From Myxococcales bacterium (GTDB lineage: Bacteria > Myxococcota_A > Polyangia > Fen-1088), in the NCBI GenBank assembly GCA_025350815.1, contig JANXXE010000051.1:37-64036 (forward strand): a stretch of DNA of 64,000 bases. Reading direction: 5' to 3'. A program made the translations under genes and the position numbers. The notes under the pieces were generated by a model. It was given only the letters and a program-made list of their open reading frames with translations, made no database searches and was not told the DNA's origin. Positions 57,717 through 64,000 of the stretch are shown here, one piece after another; the first letter of the stretch is position 1; the number at the start of each line of letters is the position of its first letter.

Positions 57717-59000
57717 GTGTTTGAAAGGCGTCGGTCCTGGGGACCGCTGGCAGGGCTCTTGGTCGCGTGGGGGGGATCCGCCCACGCCGAGGGCGCCCCG
57801 TCCCTGTCGGCCGACGTCTCGGCTGGCGCAGGGCACGACAGCAACATGTTCTTGTCCCTGTCCCCGGACGCACCGACACCGGCGGCATCGGGATTTTTTG
57901 CGCAAGTTTCGCCCAATCTGCTTGGCGCCGCGGCGCTTTCCAGCTGGCGCTTACAACTGGCCCTTAGCGGGGATTATCGCGGGTCGGTCGCCGCGGGGCA
58001 TCTGTTCTTCGAGGCTGCCGAGGCACGGGTTGTCTTGCCTCCGTTCGGCTTCGCCCGCGTCCAGTTGAGTGGCTCGGGCGGAAGGTTCGATGCCACACGG
58101 GACGCAAATGCCCGATTCTTGTTTGCCGCGGGGGCATCCGAATTGCGCCTCCAGGTGGTCGATTCATTGCGAATCTTGGCCTCGTATCGTGTCGAAATGC
58201 GCTTCTATCCGGGACGCCCGGCCACCGAGGGAGATCGAGATCTCCTTCAAATGGCCGCTCTGCGGGCACCGTTCCGACCGCATCCGTTCTTCGAACTGGC
58301 CCCGTTTGGTTCGTATCTGCATCTGGCCGGCAGGGGCGATGCCGGGGCTGGCGCCGTGCTCGTGCGCGCCCGAACGGGCTTGGATGCGACGGTCATCTGG
58401 TCTCGTGTCACGGCGTCAGTGGCGGGCTGGGTGGGGCGCGTTGATCTGTCAAATGTGGTGAACGCCTGGCAGACGGGGGCGGCCATCGAGATGCGTGTGC
58501 GGGTGTCGCCGCTCGTGGACGCCGTGGCCACCTTTGACTGGGATTCGGGGACGCCCCCTTCGGGGACGGGCCCGCGCGATTTTTCGCGGCGCCTGCTCCT
58601 GCTGGGCCTGCTTGCCCACGATACGACGCGGCCTGCATTGTCGCCGGCCCGGCGGGCGGCAGACCTTCGCCCGCGCTTGCAGGGCCGCCACGTGCACTTT
58701 CGTCTCCGGCTCGCCCGGGCCGCGCAAGTGCGCATCATCGGATCCTGGGATGACTGGGCGGGACAGGGTCGTCTTGTTCCATCGGCTGACGAATCCAACC
58801 TGTGGGAGTTGACCTTGGAATTGCCGCCCGGGGTGCACAGATATCACTTCGTCGTGGACGACCAGCCGGTGCGGCCGCCAGACGCGTCGCGGTACGCGCC
58901 GGATGGCTTCGGGGGCCAGGACGGCGTCGTCGAGGTACAGGGCTCTGTATCCGATGTAGAGGCCGCTCGTACTGTCAACACGGTCGAAGGATCGCGCTGA
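57717..59000 (+). CDS. secreted protein with C-terminal CBM48-like domain
   Basis: 427 aa. Signal peptide (LLVAWGGSAHA). C-terminal VHFRLRLARAAQVRIIGSWDDWAGQ...HRYHFVVDDQPVRPPD. Confidence 0.6.
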   Translation: MFERRRSWGPLAGLLVAWGGSAHAEGAPSLSADVSAGAGHDSNMFLSLSPDAPTPAASGFFAQVSPNLLGAAALSSWRLQLALSGDYRGSVAAGHLFFEAAEARVVLPPFGFARVQLSGSGGRFDATRDANARFLFAAGASELRLQVVDSLRILASYRVEMRFYPGRPATEGDRDLLQMAALRAPFRPHPFFELAPFGSYLHLAGRGDAGAGAVLVRARTGLDATVIWSRVTASVAGWVGRVDLSNVVNAWQTGAAIEMRVRVSPLVDAVATFDWDSGTPPSGTGPRDFSRRLLLLGLLAHDTTRPALSPARRAADLRPRLQGRHVHFRLRLARAAQVRIIGSWDDWAGQGRLVPSADESNLWELTLELPPGVHRYHFVVDDQPVRPPDASRYAPDGFGGQDGVVEVQGSVSDVEAARTVNTVEGSR

Positions 59001-59746
59001 TGGATTCACCACTTGCTGCTCTTGTCCTGCTGGTCGTCGGTGTCGGGACGCCGGCGTTGCCCCAGGATGCTCGTCTTGCGCCCGTGCGGTCGCATCTGAA
59101 CCAGCTACTTGACCAGGCAACGACCGAGGGCCTGCCGACGGACCTGCTGGTCAGCAAGATCCGCGAGGGACTGGCCAAGGGCATCGATGGTTACCGGATT
59201 GATCAGGCGGTCGGCCGTCTCGCCGACAACCTGCACGCCGCGAAAGAATTCGCGACGGCGCGCCGGGGTGGCGCCCCCTCGGGTGGCTTGGTCCGCGCGC
59301 TGGCCGAAGCCAAGCTGGCCGGTGTGGAACTGGTCAGCACCGAGGTTTTGCTGCGCAAAGATCGCCCGGAAGTCGAGGCCACACGCGCGGTGGACGCGCT
59401 GACGGATCTGTCCCTGCGGGGCTATCCGCCGGCGCGGGCGTCGTTGCTCGTGCGCGACGTTCTGCTTCGAGACAGGCCTGCCCTTGAACGGGTTCCGGCC
59501 GCTCTGGAGATCATTCGTAGGGACCAGGCCCTCTCGGCGGCCGAGGCGGTGGACGCCCTGTCCCGCGGGGTGGCCGCCAGCGACTCGCTGCAGTCAGGGT
59601 TGGCACGGACAATCGACGACGAGCGCCGAAGGAACATCAGCAAGGGCCAGGGGAAGGCCAAGGGCGACACCGATTCACCCGGCAGGAATGATCTCGCGCC
59701 CGGGCACTTGCCCAAATCGATTCTCGGACGGGGACGCAAACCCTGA
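59000..59746 (+). CDS. secreted hypothetical protein
   Basis: ATG overlaps the upstream stop (TGATG). Signal-like MDSPLAALVLLVVGVGTPALPQ. Confidence 0.5.
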   Translation: MDSPLAALVLLVVGVGTPALPQDARLAPVRSHLNQLLDQATTEGLPTDLLVSKIREGLAKGIDGYRIDQAVGRLADNLHAAKEFATARRGGAPSGGLVRALAEAKLAGVELVSTEVLLRKDRPEVEATRAVDALTDLSLRGYPPARASLLVRDVLLRDRPALERVPAALEIIRRDQALSAAEAVDALSRGVAASDSLQSGLARTIDDERRRNISKGQGKAKGDTDSPGRNDLAPGHLPKSILGRGRKP

Positions 59747-59807
59747 CCGGTGCGTTTGGCGGAGCACAATAAGTTGACAGTACCGTCGACGGGCAGAAAC
59801 TCGAATC

Positions 59808-60098
59808 ATGCTCTCCGCCCGTCGACGAACTGCCCGGCAGCGTCGACCCCTGCCGTCCCGACGTGTCCCCGCCCAGTCCCGCCTCACGGTGCCCCGCGCG
59901 GTCGAGGCCCTGCGCCTTTCGCGTCTGGCGCTGTCTGACATCGAAGGGCAGCTGGGTGCGCTGCTGACGGCGCTGCACGATCCAGGTCTTCCCATCGATC
60001 TCGGGGCGCCTGACCGGCTGGCCGGCGTGGCACAACAGGCGCAGACGGCGTTGTCGTCACTATCGGAGCTGCGGCGCTTGTTTCCCTCGCCGCGCTGA
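59808..60098 (+). CDS. small hypothetical protein
   Basis: 96-aa ORF whose 3' two-thirds have high GC3. Preceded by clustered CGTCGAC motifs. Weak call. Confidence 0.25.
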   Translation: MLSARRRTARQRRPLPSRRVPAQSRLTVPRAVEALRLSRLALSDIEGQLGALLTALHDPGLPIDLGAPDRLAGVAQQAQTALSSLSELRRLFPSPR

Positions 60099-60106
60099 CA
60101 CCGGTC

Positions 60107-60874
60107 GTGCCGGACAGCGTCCCCAGTCCCGCCGGCACGCCTCGGCTGACCGAACCGGTCGCTACCTTCTTCGCGGCGACCGCCGTCGCGTCCCTGTGTT
60201 ACTGGCTGGGCACCACCGTTCCGCTGATCGGCGCGAACCTGCACGGCATCATCGCGATTGTCTTCCTGTACGCGCCCGCCGCTGCTGCGCACCTGTTTGG
60301 CCGCCCCTTCGACTACCGCGAAGCCGGCCTGCGCGCCTTTCCCTTGCTGCCCAATCTGGCGGTGGCGGGCCTGGCAATCCTGGCGACCTGGCCGCTGTTT
60401 TTCGGTGGCTTTTTGCTGTTCTACAACGTCAGTTGCGGGCCAGGCGGCGCGAATCTGCTCGGCTCATGGTCGGAGGTCTTCGCCCCCGCCTGCGCCCACT
60501 TTACGGGACTTGCCGGCGCGCACCTGCGCCTGCCTGAAAACTTCCTGCTGCTGGCGGCTTCCCAGGTCATCGCCATCGCCTTGCCCGAGGAATTCTTCTT
60601 CCGTGGCTACCTGCTTGGCCGGTTCGAGGACCGCTGGCCCTCCCGGCGGCGGCTGTGGGGGGCGCCGGTCGGCCGCGCGCTGCTTGCGTCCAGTGTCCTG
60701 TTCGCGCTCGGGCACGTGCTGGTCGACTTTGATCCCTTGCGCCTGGTGGTCTTCTTCCCGGCGCTGGTGTTCGGGTGGATGCGCGCGCGCACGGGCTCGC
60801 TGCTGGCCGGTGCGCTGTTCCACGCGCTGTGCAACCTGCTGTCCGACGTCCTATACGCCAGCTTCTTCAGGTAG
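60107..60874 (+). CDS. CPBP-family (CAAX/Abi) intramembrane metalloprotease
   Basis: 255 aa. EEFFFRGYLLG, FALGHVL and HALCNLL motifs. Confidence 0.8.
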   Translation: MPDSVPSPAGTPRLTEPVATFFAATAVASLCYWLGTTVPLIGANLHGIIAIVFLYAPAAAAHLFGRPFDYREAGLRAFPLLPNLAVAGLAILATWPLFFGGFLLFYNVSCGPGGANLLGSWSEVFAPACAHFTGLAGAHLRLPENFLLLAASQVIAIALPEEFFFRGYLLGRFEDRWPSRRRLWGAPVGRALLASSVLFALGHVLVDFDPLRLVVFFPALVFGWMRARTGSLLAGALFHALCNLLSDVLYASFFR

Positions 60875-61693
60875 CGAGCCGCCGCCGTCATCGCCATGCA
60901 GATGAAGGGCGGCATTGATCGCCCCGGCGTCAAGGCGCGGGCCCTGCCGGTACAGCAGCAACGCGCGTTCAAGGGTGGCCTCCAACTCGCGCAGGTTGCC
61001 CGGCCAGGAATGGGCGCACAGCGCCTCGACGGCGGATGCTTCCAGTTCGATGGCCCGCTTGCGTTCCACCGCGGGGGCGCGTTTCAGATCCTCGCTCGTA
61101 CGCAGGTCCAGTGGCACGTGGGCGGACGCCAGGATCCTGTTGCCCATCCACACCGCGGCGGCGCCGATGTCTTCAGGGCGCTCGCGCAAGGGCGGCAGGC
61201 ACAGGCTGATCCGCGCCAGCCGGTAATAAAGGTCGTGGCGCAAGCGTCCCTCGGCCACGGCGACCGCCGGATCTCGATCGGACAAGGCAATGGCGTTCAC
61301 GACCAAGCGCCGCTGGATGTCCTTGCGCTCGCCGACGCGCCGGCAGCGCCCCGCCTTCAACAGACGCAGCAACGCCTCCTGCGCGCGGGCCGGCAGGGCC
61401 GTCGCCTCTTCGATCAACAAAACACCGCCATTCGCGGCCTCGGCGGCGCCGGGGTGTCGACCGACCCCGCACAGCGCCTCAAGGGCCGCCTCCTCGGGGA
61501 AGCCGACGATGTCCAGGCGAACCAGGGGCCCCTGCGGCGCGATCAACTGCGCCACAGCGCGCGCCAGACCGTCTTTTCCGGTGCCGGGTTCACCCAGTAG
61601 CAGGAAGTTGGTGCGGTAGGGGTGGCCCTGCAACCGTTCGATGGTGTCAAGGACGCGGGTCATCGCCGGGTGGGCCGACGAGATTCGAATCAT
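60851..61693 (-). CDS. sigma-54-interaction-domain AAA+ protein lacking GAFTGA and a DNA-binding domain
   Basis: Walker A GEPGTGKDG, Walker B VLLIEEATAL, sensor-II-like WPGNLRELEATLERALLL. The GAFTGA position reads GVGRHPGAAEA. No C-terminal HTH. Start set at an internal Met to avoid overlap with the NUDIX gene. Confidence 0.65.
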   Translation of the reverse strand: MIRISSAHPAMTRVLDTIERLQGHPYRTNFLLLGEPGTGKDGLARAVAQLIAPQGPLVRLDIVGFPEEAALEALCGVGRHPGAAEAANGGVLLIEEATALPARAQEALLRLLKAGRCRRVGERKDIQRRLVVNAIALSDRDPAVAVAEGRLRHDLYYRLARISLCLPPLRERPEDIGAAAVWMGNRILASAHVPLDLRTSEDLKRAPAVERKRAIELEASAVEALCAHSWPGNLRELEATLERALLLYRQGPRLDAGAINAALHLHGDDGGGSLPEEAGV

Positions 61694-61797
61694 CGCGCCG
61701 ATCCAGCACGCCGCCGCCGGATCGATGGCCTTCAGGGCGCGTCCTCCATCGAGGGACTGCCGGATGCCAGTGGCTTGTCCTTTAGCGGGCGGCACGA

Positions 61798-62220
61798 CTA
61801 GCCGCGCTTGACCCCCAGCAGCAGATCCGTCGTGGCCTGATCCGCGGCTGGAAAGGGATAGCGCTCGAAGTCTTCCGACGAGACCCACAGGTGGTTTGCC
61901 ACCCGCAGTGACCGCGGCTCTTGCCCGGGCAGAAGGTGCGCTTGGTACAGATTCAGCTCGACCGAATAGCCGTCGTACTGGTGGACCCGCTGGGCCATGC
62001 GATCCTTGACGTCGACCTCGACACCGACCCGCTCGCGGATTTCTCGGCGCAGCGCCACTTCGTTGGTCTCGCCCGGCTCAACCTTGCCACCCGGGAACTC
62101 CCACAGGCCGGGTAGCACCGCGATCGAACGGCGCTGGGTAATCAAATAGCGCCCCTCTCTTTCGATGATGGCGGCGACGACGCATATCTGCTTGGGCATG
62201 GGCAGCGCCGGACTATACAT
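61798..62220 (-). CDS. NUDIX hydrolase (MutT-like)
   Basis: 140 aa. Nudix box GLWEFPGGKVEPGETNEVALRREIRERVGV. Confidence 0.85.
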   Translation of the reverse strand: MYSPALPMPKQICVVAAIIEREGRYLITQRRSIAVLPGLWEFPGGKVEPGETNEVALRREIRERVGVEVDVKDRMAQRVHQYDGYSVELNLYQAHLLPGQEPRSLRVANHLWVSSEDFERYPFPAADQATTDLLLGVKRG

Positions 62221-62317
62221 CGGAGCGCGACGATACGGGAAGCGCGACCGAAACCCGCGTCCGAATCCCAGGGACCGCGCGGCTGGTTTATCGCATCGGC
62301 CGTGCTAGATAGCGCCC

Positions 62318-62746
62318 ATGCCCAAACGCATCGCGCCCCCCGAAGCTGCCGCCCTACTGAATCAGGGGTGGCGCTATCTGGACGTTCGGTCGATCCCGGA
62401 ATTCGAACAGGCCCACCCCGAGGGCGCCGCCAACATTCCCCTGCTGCATGCGCGCGAAGGTCGCATGGTGCCGAACCCGGATTTCCAGAAGGTGGTCGAG
62501 GTCAACTTCGCGAAGGACGATAAGCTGGTCGTGGGTTGCAAGTCGGGCGGCCGGTCGTTGCAGGCGGCCACATTGATGGAATCGCTCGGCTACAGCAACC
62601 TCGTCGACATGCGCGGGGGTTTCTCGGGCGAGCGCGACGGCCTGGGCCGCGTCGCCTGCGCCGGCTGGGCCGAATCAGGCCTGCCCGTCGCCGCGAAGGC
62701 CGCCCCCGGAAACAGCTACGCCGAGCTCGAAGAGAAGAAGACGTAG
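62318..62746 (+). CDS. rhodanese-domain sulfurtransferase
   Basis: 142 aa. Active-site loop VVGCKSGGRS. Confidence 0.85.
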   Translation: MPKRIAPPEAAALLNQGWRYLDVRSIPEFEQAHPEGAANIPLLHAREGRMVPNPDFQKVVEVNFAKDDKLVVGCKSGGRSLQAATLMESLGYSNLVDMRGGFSGERDGLGRVACAGWAESGLPVAAKAAPGNSYAELEEKKT

Positions 62747-62769
62747 GTGGCCGCGGTCATATGAACGGC

Positions 62770-62806
62770 GCACCCGCCCCGTGGGCACAGTTGCCCTGAC
62801 GGGTGC
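62770..62806. terminator. GC-rich nested hairpin between convergent genes (candidate bidirectional terminator)
   Basis: GCACCCG...CGGGTGC outer stem with inner GGGCAcagtTGCCC; no U-tract. Confidence 0.3.
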
Positions 62807-62865
62807 TTCGCCCCCCATCCGCCGGCCACTGGGGAGGAAGGGCTTCATGAACGCCGGTCGGTGGA

Positions 62866-63666
62866 CTAGTTGACGAATCCGCAGGCCCAGCGAAGCTGGT
62901 TGGAACCGTTCCGCCTGGTGCAGACGCAGCCCTCTCGGTTTCCGGCGGAGCAGACTTCGTTCTCGGTGGTGCAGTCTTTCCCATTCGGGTTGTTCGGGCA
63001 CATCATCAAGGTGCCGTCGTTATCGCAGCGCCACATGGAGTTGATACACAGGCAGTTGACCGCGCTTCCGCCGTCACCGATGTTGCTAACGCATTGGTTC
63101 GGCACGTTGGCACCGCCGCAGACCTTGCCTGAGGGCATGGCGGGGCAGGCAGGGATTGTCGCCGCCGCGTCCGCAGGGGCGCCCCCATCGGGGATCTCGC
63201 AGATGTTGCTGCAGAACAGCGTTCCCCCGCTACAGATGCAATGGCTCATGCCCGTGTTGCCACGGCCGCAGGGAGTGGCGCAGTTCGCTGTGCACTTCTG
63301 GCCGGCGCGGCAGATCTCGGCGGCGGCATCAGGCAGCCTGGCATCGATGATCGTCGCGGGAGCATCGGCAGCGGCATCGATCTGGGCGCCGGTGGAGCCA
63401 GCCGTCCCACCGGATCCTGCTGTCCCGGTGGCGCCTGCGGTCCCCGTGGAACCCGCTGTTCCCGTGGCACCTGCCGTCCCTGTGGAACCCCCGGTGCCGG
63501 AAGAGCCGGCCGTGCCGGCGCTATCGGCGGTGCCGACGCCGCCGTCGCCGTTGATATCTCCGCCGTCTCCCGTGCTCTTGGTCGCGTCGGACCCGCAGCC
63601 ATGAACCGCCAGCGCCACCGCCAGCGAAGCGCCAACCACCGAGAAGAGAAAGGGTTTCCGTATCAT
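62866..63666 (-). CDS. secreted Cys-rich lipoprotein with Gly/Thr/Ala hexapeptide repeats
   Basis: 266 aa. SD AAGGAG 7 nt upstream. Lipobox AVHGC. (TGTAGS/A)n run, then about 26 Cys. Confidence 0.6.
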   Translation of the reverse strand: MIRKPFLFSVVGASLAVALAVHGCGSDATKSTGDGGDINGDGGVGTADSAGTAGSSGTGGSTGTAGATGTAGSTGTAGATGTAGSGGTAGSTGAQIDAAADAPATIIDARLPDAAAEICRAGQKCTANCATPCGRGNTGMSHCICSGGTLFCSNICEIPDGGAPADAAATIPACPAMPSGKVCGGANVPNQCVSNIGDGGSAVNCLCINSMWRCDNDGTLMMCPNNPNGKDCTTENEVCSAGNREGCVCTRRNGSNQLRWACGFVN

Positions 63667-64000
63667 TTAGTCTCCTTAGAAGGGTAACGATAACCTGTTA
63701 GAGGCAACAAGCCGAGTGACTCATCAAACGCCACTCGTCAACGTCGCATCGCGCTGTAGACCCGTCGGCGGACAGCTGTTCCAGACGTACGAGTGACGTC
63801 AGCAAAGGAGACGCATCTTCCAACATTGTTTCGATCCGTGGGTCCGCGGGGCGCCATCACGCAGCCGATACCGCTAACGCAGCGTGGGTGACGCAGACAT
63901 CCGCGACAGCGTCAAAGCATCGGACACCCAACGAGATCGACACGATCCGGGTGGCCACCGCTTGCAGAGACCTGCGCAAATTGAACTGTTGCTGAGGGCG

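Noticed and set aside
63667-64000. Unassigned 334 bp at the right edge containing the TGACGTCA and TGACTCA palindromes
   Set aside because: No ORF or RNA could be supported. It is probably the promoter region of the Cys-rich lipoprotein and/or an off-window gene, and such short palindromes occur by chance.

Overview
High-GC (roughly 68-70%) bacterial chromosomal segment, almost fully coding, with a gene repertoire typical of Myxococcota-like deltaproteobacteria. Family calls are from motifs recognised by eye; nothing was searched.

Housekeeping: tex, rnr (RNase R), a split NADH dehydrogenase locus (nuoE-nuoF, then nuoJ-K-L-M-N with nuoG/H/I absent and NuoL carrying a C-terminal PKD-like domain), a Dus-family tRNA-dihydrouridine synthase, a NUDIX hydrolase and a rhodanese.

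Signalling: two paralogous tandem-kinase-domain Ser/Thr kinases, a GAF-GspE_N secretion-type ATPase, two sigma-54 activator-like proteins, a PilT paralog, a multi-receiver response regulator, a GAF-GGDEF cyclase, a PilZ protein, a FliA/WhiG-type sigma factor with a FlgM-like partner, and an ECF sigma/anti-sigma pair.

Accessory content that may form previously undescribed systems:
- a low-GC two-gene nucleotidyltransferase module at the left end (candidate toxin-antitoxin or defence pair);
- an operon of three ATP-grasp ligase modules plus a DmpA-type aminopeptidase between a response regulator and a diguanylate cyclase;
- a PilZ gene next to a degenerate desuccinylase fused to a RimB-like retropepsin domain;
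- an ECF island whose anti-sigma factor and neighbouring secreted protein both carry CBM48-like glucan-binding domains, flanked by two Cys/Gly-rich lipoproteins;
- a DUF1592/DUF1552 pair with an Oar-like TonB-dependent receptor;
- a 31-bp inverted repeat exactly filling the nuoF-nuoJ junction.

No rRNA, tRNA, CRISPR array, integrase or transposase was recognised.
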